Shown piece by piece: positions 1-9,231 of a stretch of 64,000 nt of DNA. Below the pieces are notes generated by a model, which was not told the DNA's origin, did not search any database, and saw only the letters and a list, made by a program, of their open reading frames with translations. Source of the DNA: an uncultured Clostridia bacterium (lineage in GTDB: Bacteria; Bacillota; Clostridia; Oscillospirales; CAG-272). How positions within the stretch are numbered: position 1 is the first letter of the stretch; every line of letters starts with the position of its first letter. The position numbers were made by a program, and so were the translations under genes. The stretch covers positions 36,911-100,910 of the forward strand of contig CANQPT010000002.1 in assembly GCA_947625805.1 (NCBI GenBank). Direction: 5' to 3'.

Positions 1-604
1 TCTTGATTTCCTCCAGCACAGAAAGGGACAGGTTGAGCCTTCCGTTGAACATGGTGATCAGAATACCGGTCACCTCAAGGGAGGGATTGTACAGTTTTTT
101 GACCTGCCGGATGGTCATGGTGAGCTGGGAAAGCCCCTCCAGCGCGAAATATTCGCACTGCATGGGGATAATGACCCCGCCGGAGGCGGCAAGCGCGTTG
201 ATGGTCAGAATGCCCAGCGAGGGCGGGCAGTCGATCACGATATAGTCATAGTCGGCCTTGACTTGGGCCAGCGCGTCCCGCAGACGCGCCTCTCTTCGGT
301 CGGCCGTCACCAGTTCAAACTCCGCGCCGGCCAGATTCATGTTGGCGGGCAAAAGCGACAGTCCCGCAAAGGGGGTGTTGACAATCGCCTGTGCGACGGG
401 CGTGCGGGCAATCAGCACGTCGTACACGGTGACCCGCGCCGAGCGCTTGCCCACTCCTACGCCGCTGGTGGTGTTGCCCTGCGGGTCGAGATCGACCAGC
501 AGTACGTTTTTGCCCAGTTTTCCCAAAGCCGCCGCCACGTTGACCGCCGACGTGGTCTTGCCGATCCCGCCTTTCTGGTTGGCGAAAGTGATGATTTTTG
601 CCAT
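1..604 (-). CDS. soj: ParA/Soj chromosome-partitioning ATPase (N-terminal ~200 aa; gene continues left of the window)
   Basis: Reverse-strand translation from ATG 604-602 reads MAKIITFANQKGGIGKTTSAVNVAAALGKLGKNVLLVDLDPQGN... with the deviant Walker A KGGxGKT. Frame is open to position 1. Absent from the ORF track because no stop lies in the window. Confidence 0.93.
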   Translation of the reverse strand, partial: MAKIITFANQKGGIGKTTSAVNVAAALGKLGKNVLLVDLDPQGNTTSGVGVGKRSARVTVYDVLIARTPVAQAIVNTPFAGLSLLPANMNLAGAEFELVTADRREARLRDALAQVKADYDYIVIDCPPSLGILTINALAASGGVIIPMQCEYFALEGLSQLTMTIRQVKKLYNPSLEVTGILITMFNGRLNLSLSVLEEIK

Positions 605-674
605 TTGGTGATCCTTTTCTCGTATTGCTTTTATTATATCGCTCTTTGGGGCAAAAGTCAATACGCTCTCTCTT

Positions 675-690
675 TGTTTCACGTGAAACG
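675..690. promoter_or_regulatory. parS site 1 (TGTTTCACGTGAAACG)
   Basis: 15/16 match to the Firmicute parS palindrome TGTTNCACGTGAAACA; lies upstream of soj. Confidence 0.85.
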
Positions 691-702
691 CGGGGAAATC
701 TT

Positions 703-718
703 TGTTTCACGTGAAACA
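703..718. promoter_or_regulatory. parS site 2 (TGTTTCACGTGAAACA, perfect palindrome)
   Basis: 16/16 match to the parS consensus; 28 bp centre-to-centre from site 1. Confidence 0.9.
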
Positions 719-732
719 TGGAGAAATCCCCC

Positions 733-761
733 TTGACAACAGGCAAAGATCATGCTACAAT
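733..761 (+). promoter_or_regulatory. Sigma-A type promoter of the lysine operon
   Basis: TTGACA (733-738), 17-nt spacer, TACAAT (756-761); the riboswitch begins about 7 nt downstream. Confidence 0.7.
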
Positions 762-767
762 GGTAGC

Positions 768-1043
768 AAGGTAGAGGTGCGCCTTGTCAAGAGTACCTGC
801 CGTGCAAGCGATGCGCGTCGCGTTGCGGCAGAAAAAGGGACGGGCGCCGAGCGGGGCCACAAAGCGGACGTCGTCCGCCCGGTCGCCGGGCGTTGATCCG
901 GCGATTTTGAATGCGCAGGGCCGCCGCGGTCCGGCGGAATAAGATCCGCCCGACTGTCGCAATGTTTGCGGAGGGCTATCCATACACCGTCGGCCGGGCC
1001 GACGGATCCGGCCGCCTCCGCGCGGTCGTTTTTCTTTCGGAGG
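768..1043 (+). promoter_or_regulatory. Lysine riboswitch (L-box) leader with SD-sequestering helix
   Basis: L-box core motifs in the canonical order: AGAGGTGCG, AGAGTA, GCGCCGAGCGGGG, CTGTCGCA, GGAGGGCTATC. Downstream, CCTCCG (1015-1020) can pair with CGGAGG (1038-1043), which covers the dapA SD; a T-run lies at 1027-1037. Sits in front of lysine biosynthesis genes. Confidence 0.85.
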
Positions 1044-1052
1044 AAAAAGAAC

Positions 1053-1940
1053 ATGAAAAAAACCGTATTTCGCGGGGTTGCAACCGCGCTGATTACGCCG
1101 TTTACCCCAACCGGCATCGATTACGAGCAGTTCGGCAGGCTGATCGACTGGCAGATCGAGAGCGGCGTCAACGGACTGGTGGTCTGCGGCACCACGGGCG
1201 AGAGTTCCACCATGACCGACGACGAGCACCGGCAGGCCATCGGCTTTGCCGTCAAGCGGGCGGCAGGCAGAGTGCCCATCATCGCGGGCACCGGCTCCAA
1301 CGACACCGCCTACGCCCTCGATCTTGTGCGCTGTGCCCAGGAGGACGGCGCCGACGCGGCGCTGGTGGTCACCCCTTACTACAACAAGGCCACCCAGCGG
1401 GGCTTATATGAAATGTACACGTCCATCGCTGATTATGCCAAAATCCCGATTATCTTATACAACGTCCCCTCCCGGACGGGGGTCAACATCGAGCCGACCA
1501 CCTACAAGGCGCTGGCCGACCACCCGAACATCGTGGCCATCAAGGAAGCAAACGGCAATATTTCCAAAATCGTGGAAACCATGTCCTACGTCCACGGCAA
1601 ACTGGACCTCTACTCGGGCAACGACGATCAGATCCTACCGCTGCTGGCTCTGGGCGGATGCGGCGTGATCTCCGTGCTCTCCAACCTTTTGCCCGGCAGG
1701 ACGGCGGAAATCTGCAACCGCTTTTTTGCCGGCGATCTTTCGGGCGCGGCACAGTTACAGTTCCGCCTGCACGCGCTGATTACCGCCCTGTTTTCGGAGG
1801 TCAACCCCATTCCGGTCAAGGCGGCAATGGCGGCAATGGGCTTTTGCGACAACCGGCTCAGACTTCCCCTGACCCCCATGGACGAGGCCAAGCGGCAGGT
1901 GCTGCTTGCCTGCATGAGAGACGAGGGTTTAGCCGTATGA
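1053..1940 (+). CDS. dapA: 4-hydroxy-tetrahydrodipicolinate synthase
   Basis: ORF track 966..1940 trimmed to ATG 1053 behind GGAGG. MKKTVFRGVATALITPF..., GTTGESSTM motif, typical length (295 aa). Confidence 0.93.
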   Translation: MKKTVFRGVATALITPFTPTGIDYEQFGRLIDWQIESGVNGLVVCGTTGESSTMTDDEHRQAIGFAVKRAAGRVPIIAGTGSNDTAYALDLVRCAQEDGADAALVVTPYYNKATQRGLYEMYTSIADYAKIPIILYNVPSRTGVNIEPTTYKALADHPNIVAIKEANGNISKIVETMSYVHGKLDLYSGNDDQILPLLALGGCGVISVLSNLLPGRTAEICNRFFAGDLSGAAQLQFRLHALITALFSEVNPIPVKAAMAAMGFCDNRLRLPLTPMDEAKRQVLLACMRDEGLAV

Positions 1941-2644
1941 AGATCATCGTGACGGGCGCCGCCGGGCGCATGGGTCGGGAGGTCTGTGCTCTTGCGGGAG
2001 AGGAGCTTGTCTGCGGAGTCGACCCGAACGGAGCGGTTGGGGATATCTCCGATTACGACGGCCCCGCCGACGGCATCATCGACTTTTCTTTTCACGCGGC
2101 CATTCCCGCGATTGCCGGTTATGCGGTCACGCACGGCCTGCCGCTGGTTGTGGCCACCACCGGGCACACCCCGGAGGAACTTACCGCAATCCGGACGGCG
2201 GCAAGGTCGGTCCCGGTCTTTTTCTCGGCCAATATGTCCATCGGCATCGCAGTGCTCTGCGAGCTGGCAAAAGAGACCGTAAAGGCGTTCCCCGACGCGG
2301 ACGTCGAGATTGTCGAAACCCATCACAACCGCAAACTGGACGCGCCCAGCGGCACGGCGCTTATGCTGGCCAAATCCATTGCCCAGGTGCGAAAGCAGTC
2401 GACGTTTGTCTACGGGCGGGTGGGTCACGCAAAGCGCGACCCCTCCGAGATCGGCATTCACGCGCTTCGCATGGGCAACGTCGTGGGTGAGCACGAGATC
2501 ATCATCGGCACAGACACCCAGCGCATCACGCTTAAACACGAGGCTTTCACCCGTACCGTTTTCGCCGAGGGGGCGCTTGCCGCCCTGCGGTTTCTGGAGG
2601 GCAAGGCTGCCGGTCTATATGAAATGAGGGATATGATAGAATGA
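1937..2644 (+). CDS. dapB: 4-hydroxy-tetrahydrodipicolinate reductase
   Basis: ATGA overlap with the dapA stop. MKIIVTGAAGRMGREV (GxxGxxG) and EIVETHHNRKLDAPSGTA signature. Confidence 0.92.
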   Translation: MKIIVTGAAGRMGREVCALAGEELVCGVDPNGAVGDISDYDGPADGIIDFSFHAAIPAIAGYAVTHGLPLVVATTGHTPEELTAIRTAARSVPVFFSANMSIGIAVLCELAKETVKAFPDADVEIVETHHNRKLDAPSGTALMLAKSIAQVRKQSTFVYGRVGHAKRDPSEIGIHALRMGNVVGEHEIIIGTDTQRITLKHEAFTRTVFAEGALAALRFLEGKAAGLYEMRDMIE

Positions 2645-3495
2645 ACATTCCTTTTACCAAAATGCACGGCATCGGAAACGATTACGTTTATATAAACTGC
2701 ATGGACGGCCAGCCGGCAAACCCGGCGGCTCTGTCGGTCGCCCTCTCCCCACGGCACGTTTCTGTGGGCGCGGACGGGCTTGTGCTGATCTGTCCCTCTA
2801 AGGCGGCCGACGCCAAAATGCGTATGTTCAACGCCGACGGAAGCGAGGGAAAAATGTGCGGCAACGCAATCCGCTGTGTGGGCAAATATCTTTGGGATAA
2901 CGGCCTTGTCAGGCGAAAGACCCTGACCGTCGAGACGCTTTCCGGCGTTAAAACCCTGCATTTGCAGACAGAAAACGGAAAAGTGATAAGCGCGTCGGTA
3001 GACATGGGGCGGGCCTCCTTTGCGCCGGAGGACCTTCCGATTGACAGCGACCGCGAACAGATCAACGCTCCGCTCACCGTGGACGGCAAAGAATGGAAGA
3101 TAACCTGCGTTTCCATGGGCAATCCGCACGCGGTCGTATTCGTGGAGGACGCCTGTTCTCTTCCCCTTGCCGAAATCGGCCCCGGCTTTGAGCATCACCC
3201 TTTGTTCCCCGAGCGGGTCAACACTGAGTTTGTGCAAGCGCTCGGCCCGGCAGAGCTCAAAATGCGGGTGTGGGAGCGCGGAAGCGGCGAGACCCGGGCC
3301 TGCGGCACGGGAGCGTGCGCCGCGGCGGCGGCGGCAGTGCGGCTGGGCATATGCGCGCCCGACGCGCCCATCACCGTACACCTGCGCGGAGGGGATCTTA
3401 CCATTCTCTGCGGCAAAGACTATGCCGTCACCATGACCGGCCCCGCCGCAAAAGTATATGACGGAGTGTATGAATATGAAGATCAACCTGAATGA
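2641..3495 (+). CDS. dapF: Diaminopimelate epimerase
   Basis: MNIPFTKMHGIGNDYVYI...; the two catalytic Cys contexts MCGNAIRC and RACGTGACA; 4-nt overlap with dapB. Confidence 0.93.
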   Translation: MNIPFTKMHGIGNDYVYINCMDGQPANPAALSVALSPRHVSVGADGLVLICPSKAADAKMRMFNADGSEGKMCGNAIRCVGKYLWDNGLVRRKTLTVETLSGVKTLHLQTENGKVISASVDMGRASFAPEDLPIDSDREQINAPLTVDGKEWKITCVSMGNPHAVVFVEDACSLPLAEIGPGFEHHPLFPERVNTEFVQALGPAELKMRVWERGSGETRACGTGACAAAAAAVRLGICAPDAPITVHLRGGDLTILCGKDYAVTMTGPAAKVYDGVYEYEDQPE

Positions 3496-4654
3496 TAATT
3501 TCCGGAATTTGGCACAATCTTATCTTTTTTCCGAAATCGGCCGCCGGGTACGGGAATACCAGGCGGCAAACCCGGACAAAAGCGTAGTGCGGCTGGGCAT
3601 CGGGGACGTGACCCTGCCCCTGCCCGCCTGCGTGACGGCGGCCATGCAGACGGCGGCGGCCGAACTGGGGGACAAAAAAACCTTCCGGGGCTATCCCCCG
3701 GAATACGGCTATGATTTTCTTCGGGAGGCCATCCGCGCACACTACGCCTCCTTTGGCGTAAGCGTTGCGCAAGAGGATATCTTTGTGTCGGACGGAGCCA
3801 AGAGCGACTGCGGCAATTTCACGGACGTTTTGGGGGACAACACGGTCTATATGCCCGATCCTGTCTATCCGGTCTATATGGACTCCAACGTCATGAGCGG
3901 CCGGACGGTCGTTCTGCTTCCCTCCACCCCGGAAAACGGCTTTCTTCCCATGCCCGACGAGCGGTGTTCGACCGGCGTGTACTACCTCTGTTCGCCCAAC
4001 AACCCGACCGGCGCGGCCTACTCTGCCGGACAGTTAAAGGTTTGGGTGGATTTTGCAAAAGCGTCCGGCTCGCTCATCCTCTACGACGCGGCATACGAGG
4101 CGTTTATCTCCGACGACAGCCCCCGCTCGATCTATGCCGTCGAGGGGGCAAACGAATGTGCGGTGGAAATTTGCTCGTTCTCCAAGACCGCCGGATTTAC
4201 CGGAACCAGGTGCGGCTATACGGTCGTGCCCGGGACGCTTATGGCGGGGGACGTCTCCCTGCGGGCGCTGTGGGCGCGCCGTCAGGCCACAAAGTTCAAC
4301 GGCGTCTCCTATCCGGTCCAGCGGGCGGCCGCAGCGGCTTACAGCCCGGAGGGCATGGCCGCCTGTATGGAAAATATTGCCTATTATAAGGAAAACGCCC
4401 GCCTGATCGCCGCCCTGCTCGACCAAAAGGGGATCCCCTATACCGGCGGCAAAAACTCGCCCTATTTGTGGCTTGCCTGTCCGGGGGGCATGAGCAGTTG
4501 GGACTTTTTCGATTATCTTTTGCAAAGCGTACAGGTGGTCGGCACGCCGGGCGCGGGCTTCGGAGCCTGCGGCGAGGGATTCTTCCGTCTTACCTCTTTT
4601 GGAAGCAGAGAGGCGACGGCCGAGGCGGTCCGCCGCCTGAGAGGAGCGCTGTGA
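3476..4654 (+). CDS. dapL: LL-diaminopimelate aminotransferase (DapL-type)
   Basis: ORF 3458..4654, start taken at MKINLNDNFRNLAQSYLFSEI. Class I PLP aminotransferase with NPTG and SFSKTAGFTGTRCGYTVVP motifs. Embedded between dapF and lysA. Confidence 0.85.
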   Translation: MKINLNDNFRNLAQSYLFSEIGRRVREYQAANPDKSVVRLGIGDVTLPLPACVTAAMQTAAAELGDKKTFRGYPPEYGYDFLREAIRAHYASFGVSVAQEDIFVSDGAKSDCGNFTDVLGDNTVYMPDPVYPVYMDSNVMSGRTVVLLPSTPENGFLPMPDERCSTGVYYLCSPNNPTGAAYSAGQLKVWVDFAKASGSLILYDAAYEAFISDDSPRSIYAVEGANECAVEICSFSKTAGFTGTRCGYTVVPGTLMAGDVSLRALWARRQATKFNGVSYPVQRAAAAAYSPEGMAACMENIAYYKENARLIAALLDQKGIPYTGGKNSPYLWLACPGGMSSWDFFDYLLQSVQVVGTPGAGFGACGEGFFRLTSFGSREATAEAVRRLRGAL

Positions 4655-5952
4655 TGTTACATACCAATCTGGATATCAACGGCGCAGGCCACCTGACCAT
4701 GGCAGGCAGAGACACGGTGGAACTGGCGGGCAAGTACGGCACTCCGCTTTATTTAATGGATCAGGCAAGAATCCGGGAGCGGTGCCGGGAATACCTCTGT
4801 GCCATGCGGGAGCATTTCGGCCGGAACGCCCTGCCCCTTTATGCCTCCAAGGCGCTCTGCTGTAAGGAATTGTATCGGATCGTGGCTGAGGAGGGCTTGG
4901 GCTGTGACGTCGTCTCGCCGGGCGAGTTATACACAGCCCACGCGGCCGGCTTTCCCATGGAAAAGGCCTATTTCCACGGCAACAACAAGACCGACGCAGA
5001 CGTCCGCTGTGCCATGGATCTCGGAATCGGGCATTTTGTGGCCGACAACCGGGAGGAACTGTACGCCATCAGCCGTGAGGCGACAAAGCGGGGCAAGGTG
5101 CAAAAGGTCATTCTTCGGGTGACGCCGGGCATCGATCCCCACACCCATGCGGCCATCACCACAGGCAAGGTGGACTCCAAGTTCGGCACGGCCATCGAAA
5201 CCGGGCAGGCGCTCGATCTCACACGGCAGATTCTCACCCTGCCGGGCGTCGATCTTGTCGGCATTCACTGCCACGTCGGTTCGCTCTGCTTTGATTCCGG
5301 GCCGTTTGAGGCCGCGGCGGACATTATGATCGCCTTTATGGCGCAGGTGCGCAAACAAACCGGGCACACTTTGTCCGTGCTCAATCTGGGCGGCGGCTAC
5401 GGCGTGCGGTATATCGAGGGACACCCGTCCATCGACATTCCCGACAATATCCGCAAAGTGGCCGAACGGGTACGCGCCCGCTGTGCGGCGCACGATTTCC
5501 CCCTGCCGCAGGTACTGCTGGAGCCGGGGCGGTCGATCGTGGCCGACGCGGGGCTGACCCTGTACACAGCCGGCTCGGTCAAGACCATCACCGGCTACAA
5601 GAGTTACGTGTCGATTGACGGCGGTATGCCGGACAATCCCCGCTATGCCCTCTATCAGTCGGACTATACAGTGCTCAACGCCTCCCGCGCAAGCGCCCGG
5701 CCGGATCTTACCGCCACCATCGCCGGGCGGTGCTGTGAGTCGGGCGACCTGATCCAAGAGGACGTGCGCATCGCGCGCCCCGAGCGAGGCGATATCATCG
5801 CCGTGCTGGTCACCGGCGCGTACAACTATTCGATGGCGTCCAACTATAACCGCATTCCCCGCCCGCCGATCGTCATGATCGCGCCGGACGGAAGCGACTA
5901 CGTCGCCGTCCGCAGAGAGAGTTATGAGGATCTTCTCGCAAACGATCTGTAA
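4654..5952 (+). CDS. lysA: Diaminopimelate decarboxylase
   Basis: ORF 4468..5952 trimmed to ATG 4654 (TGATG overlap with dapL). MLHTNLDINGAGHLTMAGRDTVELAGKYGTPLYLMD, GGGYGVRY, CESGD motifs. Confidence 0.92.
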   Translation: MLHTNLDINGAGHLTMAGRDTVELAGKYGTPLYLMDQARIRERCREYLCAMREHFGRNALPLYASKALCCKELYRIVAEEGLGCDVVSPGELYTAHAAGFPMEKAYFHGNNKTDADVRCAMDLGIGHFVADNREELYAISREATKRGKVQKVILRVTPGIDPHTHAAITTGKVDSKFGTAIETGQALDLTRQILTLPGVDLVGIHCHVGSLCFDSGPFEAAADIMIAFMAQVRKQTGHTLSVLNLGGGYGVRYIEGHPSIDIPDNIRKVAERVRARCAAHDFPLPQVLLEPGRSIVADAGLTLYTAGSVKTITGYKSYVSIDGGMPDNPRYALYQSDYTVLNASRASARPDLTATIAGRCCESGDLIQEDVRIARPERGDIIAVLVTGAYNYSMASNYNRIPRPPIVMIAPDGSDYVAVRRESYEDLLANDL

Positions 5953-5977
5953 AGGGCCGCCTCAGAACGACAAAAAA

Positions 5978-6014
5978 ACGACTGCAAGGCAACATAGCCG
6001 GGCAGTCGTTTTTT
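5978..6014. terminator. Bidirectional intrinsic terminator between convergent lysA and the LCP gene
   Basis: Stem ACGACTGC (5978-5985) / GCAGTCGT (6002-6009), flanked by an A-run upstream and a T-run (6010-6014) downstream. Confidence 0.75.
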
Positions 6015-6028
6015 GCTTTTGGTTTTTG

Positions 6029-7255
6029 TCAATGCACCACATTCAGATGAATGGAGTTGCGGTTGACGTCGTCGGCGGTGTATACGTCGTACTCCATGCG
6101 GGTGTAAAGATAGGTTTCATAGAGCGCCCGATCGGTCTTGTCGGTCAGATGGCACTTTGGATCAAAGCTGTCCTCGGTGATCGGCCGGTCGTATACGTTG
6201 AGATAATTGTTGATTACGTCGATGGCGTCGCTTTTGAGAATGGTGACGTTTGCGCCCACGGTGGTCGTAGGCATGGTAACCATGCGAAGATGGCTCATGT
6301 CCATATTCAGCGCCTGAGATGCAAAGTAAAAGCAGTTGTCGGCGGTCAGGTTGGTGGCCACGTCGTTGATGGCGATGTCGATGAGTCCCTTGAGGGTGTT
6401 CACGTCGGTCAGGTTTTGCTGGACCTGCTCAAGAAGCGCCGACAGGAAGATCTTCTGCACGTTCATGCGCCCGTAGTCGGCGTCGGCGTAGGTGTGGCGG
6501 TTGCGCACCATACACATGGCGTCATAGCCCGACAGGGTCTGTTCGCCCGCCCGAAGATGGATATACAAATCCTGCCATGGGTCCTCGTAATCCATATCAC
6601 AGGGTACGTTGACCTTTAAGCCTCCCATGCCGTCAATCAGGTTCTCAAAGGCCGACAGGTCCACCAGCACCGAAAAATCGATTTTGACCGCGAAGTTGGA
6701 CTCGAAAAACTCGCAAAGCCTAGCCATTCCCGCCTCTCTGCGCTCGGCCTTGGCGCCGGAGGTCACATTATAGCCTGCGGCGAATATCGAATTGATCTTG
6801 TGGAAATTATAAGATGCGTTGATATATGTGTCGCGCGGGATCTGAACGACGTTTGCATACTGATTGCCTGTGTCGTATTGCGCCAGCATGATGGTGTCGG
6901 TGTTGTTGCCGGTATCGTCATTCAGCCCCACCACAAGGAAGTTGAACACCTTTTGCTTGCGGTTGCCGTCCAGCACCGGCAGTCCGGTCTGGTCGTCGGT
7001 CCAGGTGGACGAGGGCGACACGTCCGGCTCAAAATTGCTGCCGACCCCCGAAACAAACCCTTTGAGTCCCCCTCCCCCAAAGAGCGGAACGCCAAAGGCG
7101 CTGAGTGCGACGCATACGACGATGGCCATGGAAAGCACCATAATGATCACGGTAACCAGAATCTTCCATGCGGGGATTTTCTTTTTGGGCGCCTTTTCGG
7201 CGGCCTTTTGCCGCTGCACGGACTGCTGCGGTCGGTTGGGATTTGACAAACTCAC
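6029..7255 (-). CDS. LytR/CpsA/Psr (LCP) family cell-envelope glycopolymer transferase
   Basis: N-terminal TM helix, then FNFLVVGLNDDTGNNTDTIMLAQYD...VVQIPRDTYI...KINSIFAAGY, which is typical of the LCP domain. Confidence 0.85.
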   Translation of the reverse strand: MSLSNPNRPQQSVQRQKAAEKAPKKKIPAWKILVTVIIMVLSMAIVVCVALSAFGVPLFGGGGLKGFVSGVGSNFEPDVSPSSTWTDDQTGLPVLDGNRKQKVFNFLVVGLNDDTGNNTDTIMLAQYDTGNQYANVVQIPRDTYINASYNFHKINSIFAAGYNVTSGAKAERREAGMARLCEFFESNFAVKIDFSVLVDLSAFENLIDGMGGLKVNVPCDMDYEDPWQDLYIHLRAGEQTLSGYDAMCMVRNRHTYADADYGRMNVQKIFLSALLEQVQQNLTDVNTLKGLIDIAINDVATNLTADNCFYFASQALNMDMSHLRMVTMPTTTVGANVTILKSDAIDVINNYLNVYDRPITEDSFDPKCHLTDKTDRALYETYLYTRMEYDVYTADDVNRNSIHLNVVH

Positions 7256-7300
7256 TGTTTTTACCTCTTTTTTCTGTAAATCGAATGATGCGCGAATGGA

Positions 7301-7903
7301 TTACTTGCCGGGGTCGATGAGCGGGAAATAGCGGATCAGATATTCCACGCCCGAATAGACGGTCATAAAGGTCATGGCCGCCATGGTAAGATAGGAAAGC
7401 CATGGTGTGCCGCCGTAGACAAAAGAGAAAGTCGGCTCCACCATACAGACGGTAAGACATACCATTTGCGTGACCGTCTTTACCTTGCCCGACCATTGCG
7501 CCGCGATGACCGTGCCGTCCTTGCCTGCGATCACAAGCCGCATACTGGTGACGGTCAGCTCCCGAAGAATGACGACAAAGGCCGCCCAGCAAAAGAGCGC
7601 ACAGAAGGATACCCCCGCACCTGTGGCAAAGGAATAGTATAAAAGCCCGAGCAGCGCTCCGAACACCATCAACTTGTCTGCCAGCGGGTCCATAAACTTC
7701 CCGAAATCGGTGATCAGGTTATACTTGCGGGCGATCTTGCCGTCGAGCATATCGGTAAGAGAGGCCAAAAGAAAGATCACGGCCGCGCACAGGCGTGCGG
7801 CCCGTTCGCCCAAAGCGGCGTAGAGCGGCTCCACGGTCAGAAAAATCAAAAACACGGGGACCAGCAATACCCGAAGAACGGTCAGTTTGTTCGGCAAATT
7901 CAT
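7301..7903 (-). CDS. pgsA: CDP-diacylglycerol--glycerol-3-phosphate 3-phosphatidyltransferase
   Basis: MNLPNKLTVLRVLLVP... and the CDP-alcohol phosphatidyltransferase motif DMLDGKIARKYNLITDFGKFMDPLADK. Confidence 0.9.
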   Translation of the reverse strand: MNLPNKLTVLRVLLVPVFLIFLTVEPLYAALGERAARLCAAVIFLLASLTDMLDGKIARKYNLITDFGKFMDPLADKLMVFGALLGLLYYSFATGAGVSFCALFCWAAFVVILRELTVTSMRLVIAGKDGTVIAAQWSGKVKTVTQMVCLTVCMVEPTFSFVYGGTPWLSYLTMAAMTFMTVYSGVEYLIRYFPLIDPGK

Positions 7904-9231
7904 AGCGCTTCTCCAATCAAGTCGCAGTTGATCGCGTCGGTAATCTTAACATTTACCTGCGCACCCTCTTTTATACCCTTTTCCCCGGTGAAATATACCA
8001 GAGGATCGATCTCGGGCGCGTCGGCGTCGCTCCTGCCGTAATAGCGCTCCGCGATGGGATCGTAGCCCTCGCAGACCACCGGCAGAACCTCGCCCACCCG
8101 CGCATCGGCATAGGCGGCGGAAATCATCATCTGATTGCGCAAAAGGATCTGTGCGCGCTCCTCGGCCACGCTCTTGTCGATCTGATCGGGCATGTCGTAA
8201 GCCGGAGTGCCCTCCTCGCGGGAATAGGGGAATACCCCTAAGCGCTCAAAGCGGGTTTTAGCCACAAATTCGCACAACTGCCCGAACTCCTCCTCGCTCT
8301 CGCCGGGAAAGCCTGTGATCAGAGTCGTGCGAAGCACAATGCCCGGCACCTGCTCCCGCAGGCGTTTGATCGCCCCGCGAACGGCGGCGGAGCCGCCCCT
8401 GCGGTTCATACGGCGGAGCACCGTGTCCGAGATGTGCTGAATGGGAAGATCCACGTACTTGATCACCCGGTCGTTGTCCCGGATCTCGGCGACCAGCTGA
8501 TCCGTGATCTGATCCGGGTAACAGTAAAGCAGTCGGACGCGCACCTGTTCCGTATGTTCCGTTATATCACGAATTAATGTCGAAAGTGTGACGTTTTGGG
8601 AAAAATCTTTGCCGTATCTCGTCGTGTCCTGCGCGACAAGGATGAGCTCGCGTGCGCCCAACGCTTCCAGTTCCCGCGCCTCGGCGATAATCTCCTCCGG
8701 CCTGCGGGAGCGGTAGCGGCCGCGAATGGAGGGAATGGTGCAGTAGGTACAGCGGTTGTCACAGCCCTCGGCGATCTTGAGATAGGCGTAATGGGAGGGA
8801 GTGGTGACCAACCGCTCACCGCCGAGGCCAATGCTCTCGATTGCCGGGAAAAGAGAATACTTTTCTTTGCGGGCGACGCTCTCAATGGCGTCCAGGATAT
8901 TGTGAATGCCTCCACATCCGAGTACCGCGTCCACCTCGGGCAGTTCTGTGAAAATCTCCTCCCGATACCGCTCGGCAAGACAGCCGGTCACGATAATGCC
9001 GGAAAGATTGCGGTTTTCTTTGAGCCATGCCACGTCTAAAATATTGTCGATGGCCTCTTGCTTGGCGCTTTCGATAAAGGCGCAGGTATTGATGATGATC
9101 ACATCGGCCTCTATGTCCTCGGCCACGATCTCATATCCCGCGTCGGCCACCTGTTTGAGCATGACCTCGCAGTCGATCTGATTTTTCGGGCAACCGAGTG
9201 AGATAAAGCCGATTTTCGGTTTGTTGTTCAT
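7900..9231 (-). CDS. rimO: Ribosomal protein S12 methylthiotransferase
   Basis: MTTase N-domain (IGFISLGCPKNQIDCE), radical-SAM CDNRCTYC, C-terminal TRAM; 4-nt overlap with pgsA. Confidence 0.9.
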   Translation of the reverse strand: MNNKPKIGFISLGCPKNQIDCEVMLKQVADAGYEIVAEDIEADVIIINTCAFIESAKQEAIDNILDVAWLKENRNLSGIIVTGCLAERYREEIFTELPEVDAVLGCGGIHNILDAIESVARKEKYSLFPAIESIGLGGERLVTTPSHYAYLKIAEGCDNRCTYCTIPSIRGRYRSRRPEEIIAEARELEALGARELILVAQDTTRYGKDFSQNVTLSTLIRDITEHTEQVRVRLLYCYPDQITDQLVAEIRDNDRVIKYVDLPIQHISDTVLRRMNRRGGSAAVRGAIKRLREQVPGIVLRTTLITGFPGESEEEFGQLCEFVAKTRFERLGVFPYSREEGTPAYDMPDQIDKSVAEERAQILLRNQMMISAAYADARVGEVLPVVCEGYDPIAERYYGRSDADAPEIDPLVYFTGEKGIKEGAQVNVKITDAINCDLIGEAL

